A stretch of 43,764 nucleotides of DNA from contig JASLLV010000002.1 of NCBI GenBank assembly GCA_030746935.1, positions 1 through 43,764 on the forward strand. The letters run 5' to 3'. The translations under genes and the position numbers were made by a program. Positions 1 through 7,430 of the stretch are shown one piece after another; the first letter of the stretch is position 1; each line of letters begins with the position of its first letter. The DNA comes from Rhodospirillales bacterium. Its GTDB lineage: Bacteria; Pseudomonadota; Alphaproteobacteria; Rhodospirillales; JASLLV01. The notes beneath the pieces were generated by a model that was not told where the DNA came from, searched no databases, and saw only the letters and a program-made list of their open reading frames with translations.

Positions 1-24
1 GTATCATTGATGGATAATGCGGGC

Positions 25-1716
25 TTAGACGAAGTTCAGGATCAGATACAGCACCAGGAGCGCGATCACCCAACCGACCATGCCGCCGACGGTCCGGGTG
101 CGCGCGAGCAGGCCGAGCGGTCCCGACTGACGCCGTACGAGCCCGACGGCATGCCTGGCCCCTTCGACCGCGGCTTGGCGCAAGCTCGCATCCAGCGGTG
201 CGAAGATCGCGATCGCGCCGCGGACCGAGCGCGGCACTAGCCGGCGATAGACCCATTCGGCGTCGATGTTTAGCCCCGGAAGCTCGGGCGGATACAGCCC
301 GGTCAGCATGAGTACCGTGAACGCGGCCGCCGAGAAGAACAGGAGCTGGCTCTGCGCCAGAACGTGGCTCGCCGTATAGGGCTGGAAGTCCACCGGGAAC
401 GGGAGAAGGTCGTAGAGAGGCCACGGATAGACACCGAGGAAGACGCAGACGAACGCGGCTAGGAACATGGCGGCCAGCATGTTGGGCGGCGCTTCGCGCG
501 TGCGGATCCCGGAATCGTGGGCGAAAAAGGTGAAGTACGGGATCTTGATGCCCGAGTGGTGGAAGACGCCGGCCGAGGCGAACAAAAGCGCCAGCCAGAC
601 GCCGCGATAACCCTCGTCGAGGGCCGCCGCGAGCACCATCGATTTCGAGACGAACCCGGAGAACAGCGGAAACGCCGAGATCGAGGCGGCGCCGACCAGG
701 CACAAGACGGTGGTCACCGGCATGCTCTTGTAGAGCCCGCCCAACTCCGAGCCGTTGATCCTGCCGGTCCGGTGCAGGACCGCACCCATCGCCATGAACA
801 ACAGGGCCTTGTAAATCACATGGGCGAAGGCATGCGAGACGGCACCGTTGATGGCGAGCGGGGTGCCGATGCCGATGCCGGTTACCATGAAGCCCACTTG
901 GTTGATGAGGCTGTAGGACAGCACCCGCCGGAGGTCGTTCTCGATGACCGCGTAGAAGATCGGGAACACGGTCATCGCGGCCCCGACGTAAACGAGGATC
1001 TCGGTCCCCGGGAAGCCGCGCGCGAGCGCGTAAACCGCCAGTTTCGTCGTGAACGCGCTCAGGAAGACGGTGCCGGTCGGTGTCGCCTCGGGGTAGGCGT
1101 CGGTCAGCCAGTTGTGCAGGAGCGGGAAGGCCGCCTTGAGGCCGAAGGCGAACAAGATGAGCGCGCCGCCAGGCCCGTCGAACCCAATGTCGCCGAAGGC
1201 GATCGAGCCGGTCTCGTGTACGCGGACGAGGGCGCCGGCGAGAAGAACGACGCCCGAAAGCACCTGGATAACGAAATAGCGCGTCGCCGCGCGCCTGGCG
1301 CGGTCCGTGCGTCGCGCGAGGATCAGAAAGACGGACGCAACCGCGGTGATCTCCCAGAACACGAACAGGGTAATGAGGTCGCCGGCGAAAACCGCGCCGA
1401 TGGCGCTGCCGGCGTAGAGAAGTCCGGCGACGTGCTGCACCGTGTCGCGGACGCGAAGGGCGTAAACGAAACCGAGCAGCGCGGCCAGGTGGAAGACGGT
1501 GCCGAAGGCGACGCTCAAGCGGTCGACGCGCAGCAGCACGAGGGTGTAGTCGAACATCTGGACCGTCGCGGCGCTGCCCGCGGGCAACAGATAAAGATTG
1601 ACGACGCCGACCACGGGGACCGCGACCAGAATGGTCTGGCGCAGCCGACCCTGGGTGATCGCGGCCAGGACGGCACCGACGACAAAGACGAGGAAGGGCG
1701 CGAAGCTACTCGTCAT
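25..1716 (-). CDS. MrpD/NuoL-like proton-conducting antiporter subunit (third D-like paralog, 563 aa) with C-terminal amphipathic extension and terminal TM helix
   Basis: ORF 25..1839(-) trimmed to ATG 1716 (MTSSFAPFLV...), which overlaps the upstream small ORF by 11 nt. NuoL/M/N-MrpD hallmarks are present: FVFWEITAV, LKAAFPLLHNWLTDAYPEATPTGTVFLSA, SYSLINQVGFM, HAFAHVIYKALLFM. Confidence 0.85.
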   Translation of the reverse strand: MTSSFAPFLVFVVGAVLAAITQGRLRQTILVAVPVVGVVNLYLLPAGSAATVQMFDYTLVLLRVDRLSVAFGTVFHLAALLGFVYALRVRDTVQHVAGLLYAGSAIGAVFAGDLITLFVFWEITAVASVFLILARRTDRARRAATRYFVIQVLSGVVLLAGALVRVHETGSIAFGDIGFDGPGGALILFAFGLKAAFPLLHNWLTDAYPEATPTGTVFLSAFTTKLAVYALARGFPGTEILVYVGAAMTVFPIFYAVIENDLRRVLSYSLINQVGFMVTGIGIGTPLAINGAVSHAFAHVIYKALLFMAMGAVLHRTGRINGSELGGLYKSMPVTTVLCLVGAASISAFPLFSGFVSKSMVLAAALDEGYRGVWLALLFASAGVFHHSGIKIPYFTFFAHDSGIRTREAPPNMLAAMFLAAFVCVFLGVYPWPLYDLLPFPVDFQPYTASHVLAQSQLLFFSAAAFTVLMLTGLYPPELPGLNIDAEWVYRRLVPRSVRGAIAIFAPLDASLRQAAVEGARHAVGLVRRQSGPLGLLARTRTVGGMVGWVIALLVLYLILNFV

Positions 1717-1957
1717 AGTAGTCTTCGTTGCGCCGCACGACCTTGCGCATCTGCTTGGCCGCGAGCACCAGCCCGAAGCAGACGGCGAATCCGTAAATGG
1801 CGTGGAATCCGAACCACGCCTCCCAGGGATGGCCGACATGGCGGTGGATGAAGGCGTCGAGTCCGAACAGCACCGCGCATGCGGCGAACAGTCCGTAGAT
1901 CACCGCCTTGACGTTGCGCCGCTTGTCGAAGAGTCCTCGCTTTCCGTTGTCTTGCAT
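1706..1957 (-). CDS. small 2-TM membrane protein (83 aa) embedded between MrpD-like genes, family not recognised
   Basis: ORF 1706..2014(-) trimmed to ATG 1957 (MQDNGKRGLF...). Two hydrophobic helices (AVIYGLFAACAVLFGL and FHAIYGFAVCFGLVLAA). There is a 10-nt gap to the upstream stop and an 11-nt overlap with the downstream start. Confidence 0.55.
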   Translation of the reverse strand: MQDNGKRGLFDKRRNVKAVIYGLFAACAVLFGLDAFIHRHVGHPWEAWFGFHAIYGFAVCFGLVLAAKQMRKVVRRNEDYYDE

Positions 1958-1967
1958 GGCGTTCGCC

Positions 1968-3449
1968 CTATGGCACCACCGCGCCCCGCAGCAGATCGAA
2001 CATCGGCCCGGCATAGAAGAACAGGGCCACGCACCCGAGCGTGCTCACGGATATGGCGACCAAGCAGGGTATCGGCGCCTCGGCGATGGGCGGTCGATCG
2101 GGGTCTTTGTCGCCCTCGGCGGAGCCGTCGGCGCGCGCGAAGAAGCCGCGGATGGGGATCGGCATCAGGTAGGCGACGTTGAGGAGCGAGCTCGCCATCA
2201 GCACCGCGACCATGATCGCCTGGTCGGCCTCGAGCGCGCCCAGCGCGAGGAACCACTTCCCCCACAGACCGCCGAGCGGCGGCAGGCCGATCACGCTTAA
2301 GCTGCCGACAAAGAAGGCGAAGGTGGTCAGCGGCATGACACGCCCGATGCCGCGGAGCTGGCTGACCTCGGTCTTGTGGCTCGCCACCGCGATGGCGCCG
2401 GCGCAGTAGAACAGCGTGATCTTGCCAAAGGCGTGGGCCGCCAAGTGGATGGCGCCGCCGACTACGCCCCAGGTGGTGGCGAGCATGGCGCCGAGCACGA
2501 TGTATGAGAGCTGGCTTACCGTGGAATAGGCCAGCCGCGCCTTGAGGTTGTCCTTGGTCAAGGCCACCAGCGAGGCGATCACGATGGTGGCGGCGGCGGC
2601 GTATTGAAGCCACTCGCTGCTGGCCGCCTCGCGCACCGCGTCGAGGCCGAAGACGTAGACGGTGATCTTGAGAACCGCGAATACGCCGGCCTTGACCACG
2701 GCGACGGCGTGAAGAAGGGCGCTGACCGGTGTCGGCGCCACCATCGCCGCCGGCAGCCATCGGTGAAATGGCATTACGGCCGCCTTGGCGATGCCGAAGA
2801 CGTAGAGGACCAGCAGGATTGCGACCGTCGCGCCCGACGCCTTGCCACTGAGGATGCCGCCGGGCGTGAACGTGAGCGTGCCGGCGAGCCAGCCGGTCCA
2901 GATGATGGCGACGAGCTGAAACGCGATGGAAGTTCCGAGCAGCATCCCGAGGTAGAGGCGCCCGGCGCGCCTCGCCTCGTCGGTGCCAGAGTGGATGACC
3001 AATGGGTAGGTCGAGAGCGTCAGCGCCTCGTAGAAGACGAACAGCGTCAACAAATTTCCCGCGAACGCCACGCCCATGGTGCTGCCCAGCGCCAGCGCGA
3101 AGCAGGCATAGAACCGGGTCTGGTTGATTTCGTGATGGCCGCGCATATAGCCGATGGAATAGATGGAGGTGACGATCCAAAGGAAGCTCGCGACGAGCGC
3201 GAACAGCATGCCCAAAGGCTCGACCGCGAATGCGATGCTGAGGCCCGGCATCATCTCGGCAACCAATGCCTCGGGTCGGGCGCCCGCAGCGACGCCGCGA
3301 AAAAGGAAAAGGACGAGGGCGAAAAGCGTGGCTGCGCTGAGCAATGTCACGGATTCGCGCACGTTGGGCCAGCGCCCGGTCAGCGTGACGAGCAGTGCGC
3401 CCACGACCGGCACTGCGATACAGGCAAGGATCGCCGTCGCCGGGTTCAC
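1968..3449 (-). CDS. MrpD-like antiporter subunit (second paralog, 493 aa)
   Basis: GTG at 3449-3447 overlaps the upstream TGA (3448-3446) as GTGA, giving VNPATAILACIAVPVV.... The N-terminal half of the listed 966-aa ORF 1968..4868 is an out-of-frame reading of the upstream gene. Motifs: FHRWLPAAMVAPTPVSALLHA, AYSTVSQLSYIVLG. Confidence 0.85.
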   Translation of the reverse strand: MNPATAILACIAVPVVGALLVTLTGRWPNVRESVTLLSAATLFALVLFLFRGVAAGARPEALVAEMMPGLSIAFAVEPLGMLFALVASFLWIVTSIYSIGYMRGHHEINQTRFYACFALALGSTMGVAFAGNLLTLFVFYEALTLSTYPLVIHSGTDEARRAGRLYLGMLLGTSIAFQLVAIIWTGWLAGTLTFTPGGILSGKASGATVAILLVLYVFGIAKAAVMPFHRWLPAAMVAPTPVSALLHAVAVVKAGVFAVLKITVYVFGLDAVREAASSEWLQYAAAATIVIASLVALTKDNLKARLAYSTVSQLSYIVLGAMLATTWGVVGGAIHLAAHAFGKITLFYCAGAIAVASHKTEVSQLRGIGRVMPLTTFAFFVGSLSVIGLPPLGGLWGKWFLALGALEADQAIMVAVLMASSLLNVAYLMPIPIRGFFARADGSAEGDKDPDRPPIAEAPIPCLVAISVSTLGCVALFFYAGPMFDLLRGAVVP

Positions 3450-4927
3450 GGCCCGCTTCCGAGCAGGAAGGCAGCGCTTTGCCGGGCGACCGACAGCGTC
3501 GTACGCGCGTCGATCCCGAACCACACGCATGCGCCCGCGAGAAGCCACGTCGGGATCAGCATCGAGAGGGGCGCTTCGGCGACCGCGGGCGCGCCCTCCG
3601 GCGTCGGCCTGAAGAAGCCAGTTTCGACGACCCGCCAGACATAGGCGATCGCGAGCAATGAGCTTCCGACGATGGCGACGACGATGGGCCACATGTTCGC
3701 CTCGATCGCGGCCAGCACCAAGGTCCACTTGCTGACGAACCCGACCGTGAGCGGCACTCCGATCAAGCTCAGCCCGCCAACCACGAACGCCGCCATGGTG
3801 GCCGGCATGCGCCGGCCCAGACCCTCGATCGTATCCAGGCTGGCCACCTGCAAGCGGAAGACGACGCACCCCATCGCCATGAACAGCGCCCCTTTCATAA
3901 GGGCGTGGTTGAACAGGTGAATGATTCCGCCCGTAAGCCCCGTGAGCGTCGCGAAGCTCATGCCGAGCACCATGTAACCGATCTGGGCGAGGCTGGAATA
4001 TGCCAGCATCCGCTTGATGTTGGTTTGGAACACCGCGATCGCCGAGGCGCTCAGCATGGCGACCACCGCGAGTGCCATCAAAACCTCGCGAAGGAACATG
4101 GCCTCGAACACGTCGACGTTGGCGAAGATCGTGAAATAGACCCGGATCAACACGTAAACCGCGACCTTCGTCGCGGTCGCGGCAAGAAACGCGGTCACCA
4201 CAGACGGCGCGTAAGTGTAGGCGTTTGGAAGCCACAGATGCAGGGGGAAGAGGGCGAGCTTGAGGCAGATGCCGACCGTCAGGAACGCAAGCGCCGCCAG
4301 GATGGTACGAGTCTCGGCGACCTCGGGCAGGCGAGCGGCGAGGTCCGCCATATTCAGGGTCCCCGTCATCATGTACATGAGCCCGACGCCGATCAGATAG
4401 AACGTCGCCCCGATCGTTCCCATGATCAGGTAGCGGTATGCGACGGTCAGGGCGCGCCGGTCCTGGGCGAGCGCAATCATCACGTAGGACGACAGCGCCG
4501 AGATCTCGAGGAACACGAACAGGTTGAAGGCGTCGCCCGTGGCGGCGATCCCGAGCAGCCCGGCGAGACACAACAGATACATGCAATAGAAGAGATAAAT
4601 CCGGTCCGCCGCCACCTCGCGCTCGATGCTGGAGCGCGCGTAGGGCACCACGATTCCCCCTATGGCGGAGACGATCACGGCCACGAACGCGCCGACCAAA
4701 TCGAGGCGATACTCGATTCCCCAGGGCGCCGCCCATCCGCCGATCGGATACGAGATCGGCCCGCCTTCGAGCACCTGGAGCAAAAGCCCGAGCGCGGCGA
4801 CAAAAGCGCCCCAACTCGCGAGTGCCGCCACCGTCCAGGCCCATGCGGGCCTGCGCACCACGACGCAAACCGGCGCCGCCATGAGGGGGAGAACGACCAA
4901 GAGTACCGGCAGGTGTCCGCCGATCAC
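3446..4927 (-). CDS. MrpD-like antiporter subunit (first paralog, 493 aa)
   Basis: Full ORF. Motifs: FVFLEISALSSY, LFPLHLWLPNAYTYAPSVVTAFLAA, AYSSLAQIGYMVLG. 4-nt overlap with the mrpC-like stop. Confidence 0.9.
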   Translation of the reverse strand: MIGGHLPVLLVVLPLMAAPVCVVVRRPAWAWTVAALASWGAFVAALGLLLQVLEGGPISYPIGGWAAPWGIEYRLDLVGAFVAVIVSAIGGIVVPYARSSIEREVAADRIYLFYCMYLLCLAGLLGIAATGDAFNLFVFLEISALSSYVMIALAQDRRALTVAYRYLIMGTIGATFYLIGVGLMYMMTGTLNMADLAARLPEVAETRTILAALAFLTVGICLKLALFPLHLWLPNAYTYAPSVVTAFLAATATKVAVYVLIRVYFTIFANVDVFEAMFLREVLMALAVVAMLSASAIAVFQTNIKRMLAYSSLAQIGYMVLGMSFATLTGLTGGIIHLFNHALMKGALFMAMGCVVFRLQVASLDTIEGLGRRMPATMAAFVVGGLSLIGVPLTVGFVSKWTLVLAAIEANMWPIVVAIVGSSLLAIAYVWRVVETGFFRPTPEGAPAVAEAPLSMLIPTWLLAGACVWFGIDARTTLSVARQSAAFLLGSGP

Positions 4928-5277
4928 GAAGCCTCCTCCCGCTCCCGGATCTCGTCTTCCTCGACCGTTCCGTATGCGTCCTGGATGCGGACCACGAGCG
5001 CGAGCGCGAGCGCCATGGTCGCGACGCCGACCACGATCGCGGTCAGGATCAGTACGTGGGGCAGGGGATTGCCGTAGAGCGCGATCCCTTCGCTGAGGAT
5101 GGGGGCGGAACCCCCCTTCACCTTGCTGATCGAGATGTAGAAGACGAACACCGAAACTTGGAAAATGTTGAGGCCGACAACCTTCTTGATCAGGTTTCCC
5201 TGGGCGATGACGACGTAGAATCCGACCATCATCAGGGCGATCACGACCCAGTAGTTGAACAGTCCGGGAAACGTCAT
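4924..5277 (-). CDS. mrpC: MrpC/MnhC (NuoK-like) subunit
   Basis: 117 aa with three hydrophobic helices. LIKKVVGLNIFQVSVFVFYIS and NPLPHVLILTAIVVGVA are typical of MnhC/NuoK. ATGA overlaps on both sides. Confidence 0.88.
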   Translation of the reverse strand: MTFPGLFNYWVVIALMMVGFYVVIAQGNLIKKVVGLNIFQVSVFVFYISISKVKGGSAPILSEGIALYGNPLPHVLILTAIVVGVATMALALALVVRIQDAYGTVEEDEIREREEAS

Positions 5278-5711
5278 TGCTCGGCGTCCTCGGGGCCGCG
5301 GTCTTGGCCGGCGAACACGTAGAAGATCGTGATCATGGCCGCCGCCACCGTCAGCCCGACGCCGAACTCGATCAAGGCGATACCGAGATGCTGGCCTGCG
5401 AGCGCATCGTCGGCGAGCACCGAATAGTCGAGGTATTGTCCGCCCAACACGATCCCGGCGACACCGACGCCGCCATAAAGAAGCACGCCCGCCGCCAGCG
5501 CAATTCGTGTGATGGCGGCCGGCACCACGCGACGCGCGACGGCTGTGCCAAAGATGAGGGCGTAGAGGATGAACCCGCTGCCGAAGATGACGCCCGCTTG
5601 GAACCCGCCGCCGGGACCGAAATCGCCGTGAAACTGGACGTAAAGCGCGAACAGCAAGATCACGGGGATCAGCAATTTCGAGACCACGCGAAGAACGGCG
5701 ATGTGGCTCAT
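5274..5711 (-). CDS. MnhB-domain subunit (C-terminal part of a split MrpB)
   Basis: 145 aa. The HGDFGPGGGFQAGVIFGSGFILY motif is characteristic of the MnhB domain. The gene directly abuts the upstream stop (5712). Confidence 0.85.
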   Translation of the reverse strand: MSHIAVLRVVSKLLIPVILLFALYVQFHGDFGPGGGFQAGVIFGSGFILYALIFGTAVARRVVPAAITRIALAAGVLLYGGVGVAGIVLGGQYLDYSVLADDALAGQHLGIALIEFGVGLTVAAAMITIFYVFAGQDRGPEDAEQ

Positions 5712-6242
5712 CTAAGAGCGCTCCGCGTCCCGTCTCTCGCGCCCCCGGTACCTGCGTCCGCGCCCCATGAGCACGATGACGCCGGCGGCGGCGGTGAATA
5801 TGACGAACACCTCGCCCAGGGTGTCGTAACCGCGGTAGCTCGCGAGCACCGATGTCACGATGTTGGGTGGCCCCACCTCGCGGCCCGAATCGCGGATGTA
5901 GCGTGGTGCGACGTGGCCGTGCGCCGGCGCCGATGGGTCACCGTAGAAGGGCATGTCGAGTGTACCGTAGACCAGGACCGCGCCGGTCAGCACCACCATC
6001 GCGAGCGGGCCGAAGGCGCGCCGGGGTTGGACCTTTTCCTCGGCCGTGGTCAAGACCAGTGATCCCAGCATCAGGACGGTCGCGATGCCGGCGCCGACGG
6101 CGGCCTCGGTGAAGGCGACGTCGACCGCGTCCATAACCACGTAGACCACTGCCGCCGTCAGCGTGAAGATCCCCGAAAGCATTACGACCGCGAAAAGGTT
6201 GCGCAACCACGCGAGCGCGACCGCGGTAACCGCCATAAACAA
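5712..6242 (-). CDS. DUF4040-like + MnhB N-terminal segment subunit (MrpA-C-terminal/MbhD-E-like)
   Basis: 176 aa. The N-terminal part has 3 TM helices (AVVMLSGIFTLTAAVVYVVMDAVDVAFTEAAVGAGI). It is followed by NIVTSVLASYRGYDTLGEVFVIF, the conserved start of the MnhB domain. Confidence 0.8.
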   Translation of the reverse strand: MFMAVTAVALAWLRNLFAVVMLSGIFTLTAAVVYVVMDAVDVAFTEAAVGAGIATVLMLGSLVLTTAEEKVQPRRAFGPLAMVVLTGAVLVYGTLDMPFYGDPSAPAHGHVAPRYIRDSGREVGPPNIVTSVLASYRGYDTLGEVFVIFTAAAGVIVLMGRGRRYRGRERRDAERS

Positions 6243-6259
6243 AAGCAGGACGATGACGA

Positions 6260-6598
6260 TCAGGTCTTCGATTGAACCGGTTCCTGGTCGCTTGGTGGGA
6301 TCTCGATCGGCTTCAGCCCGCTCTTCAGCGCCGCCGTCGCCAGCGCATGGGTCGTGGTCGGCGTCGTGAACAACAGAAAGATCGCGATCAGGATCAGCTT
6401 GACGGTCGTCATCGTGAAGCCCGCCTGGACCATCAGGCCCGCAAGAATCGAGCCGGCCCCCAGGGTATCGATCATGCCGGCGCCGTGCATCCTGGCGAAC
6501 ACGTCGGGAAGCCGGATGATCCCGACGGCGCCCACCAGCGCCAGGAATGCGCCCGCCGCCAACAGGAACCCACTCACGACATCGGCGATAATGGCCAT
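6260..6598 (-). CDS. mrpG: MrpG/MnhG subunit
   Basis: ORF 6260..6904(-) trimmed to ATG 6598 (MAIIADVVSGF...). GAVGIIRLPDVFARMHGAGMIDTLG is the MnhG signature. 1-nt overlap with the mrpF stop. Confidence 0.85.
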   Translation of the reverse strand: MAIIADVVSGFLLAAGAFLALVGAVGIIRLPDVFARMHGAGMIDTLGAGSILAGLMVQAGFTMTTVKLILIAIFLLFTTPTTTHALATAALKSGLKPIEIPPSDQEPVQSKT

Positions 6599-6888
6599 CA
6601 CAGCTCTCCCGAATCGACCCGTTCGTCGGGGTGCCCGAGGTAGCGGAAGGCCGCGAACTTGGTGACCGCGACCGTGCCGATGAATGTGATCAGGGCGTAG
6701 ACGAGGGCGATGTCGAGAAAGTCGGGGCGGCCGGTCAAGAAACCGTAGACCGCGATCAGTACGACCGTGAGGGTCCCGAAGGTGTTGACCGAAAGGATCC
6801 GGTCGAAGACCGTGGGACCGAGGATCGCCCGCACCAGGGTCAACGCCATGGTCAGCAGAACCGCGATGGCGACCGCCCCGAACATCAC
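6598..6888 (-). CDS. mrpF: MrpF/MnhF subunit
   Basis: 96 aa. VRAILGPTVFDRILSVNTFGT is typical of MrpF/PhaF. The GTG 6888 / ATG 6885 start overlaps the mrpE TGA. Confidence 0.85.
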   Translation of the reverse strand: MMFGAVAIAVLLTMALTLVRAILGPTVFDRILSVNTFGTLTVVLIAVYGFLTGRPDFLDIALVYALITFIGTVAVTKFAAFRYLGHPDERVDSGEL

Positions 6889-7376
6889 GCGCCCGCCCCG
6901 CCACCGTCGCCCTCGAGCGCCCGGACCCGGCGGTCCATTTCGCCCGTCTCCAAGGACCGCGCCGCCTCAGCGGTGAGGGCGTGCACGGTGAATCGGGCGC
7001 CGTCGACCGCCACGGTGACCGTTCCCGGCGTCAGCGTGATGGAATTGGCGTAGATCACTCGCCCGACGGCGCTTTTCTGGCTCGCCGGCACGTTCAGCAC
7101 CCGGGGACGGATTTTCATCGTCGGTCGGGCAATGGCGCGGGTCACGTCGATGTTGGCTTTGGCGATCTCGAGCGTGAGCCACGGCCAATAGAGCAGCGGG
7201 CGCAATCCCAGGTGCATTGGGTGCCCCTCATTGTCGATCACGTTCATGCGATGCGCGATGGCGACCACGCCAACGACGCTCGCCACCCCGAGGGCGAGCA
7301 GCCAACCCTCGAGAACGCCCGAGAGCAAAAGCCAAAGAAGAGCCGTTGCCGATGCGAGGCTGAGTGTTTGAAGCAT
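6885..7376 (-). CDS. mrpE: MrpE/MnhE subunit
   Basis: ORF 6885..7409(-) trimmed to ATG 7376 (MLQTLSLAS...), which is preceded by GGAGGAG 6 nt upstream. WPWLTLEIAKANIDVTRAI and NSITLTPGTVTV are MnhE-like. Confidence 0.8.
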   Translation of the reverse strand: MLQTLSLASATALLWLLLSGVLEGWLLALGVASVVGVVAIAHRMNVIDNEGHPMHLGLRPLLYWPWLTLEIAKANIDVTRAIARPTMKIRPRVLNVPASQKSAVGRVIYANSITLTPGTVTVAVDGARFTVHALTAEAARSLETGEMDRRVRALEGDGGGAGA

Positions 7377-7430
7377 GCTCGCTCCTCCGATTCGGCGCCG
7401 GCGTCTCAAAGGGACGGCGGCGCGGGGCGG

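Noticed and set aside
1968-4868. 966-aa ORF that could be read as a large MrpA-like fusion subunit
   Set aside because: Only the C-terminal 493 aa (from GTG 3449) look like an antiporter subunit. The N-terminal half is Arg/Gly/Asp-rich text in an alternative frame on the same strand, overlapping the clearly genuine mrpD-like gene 3446..4927.
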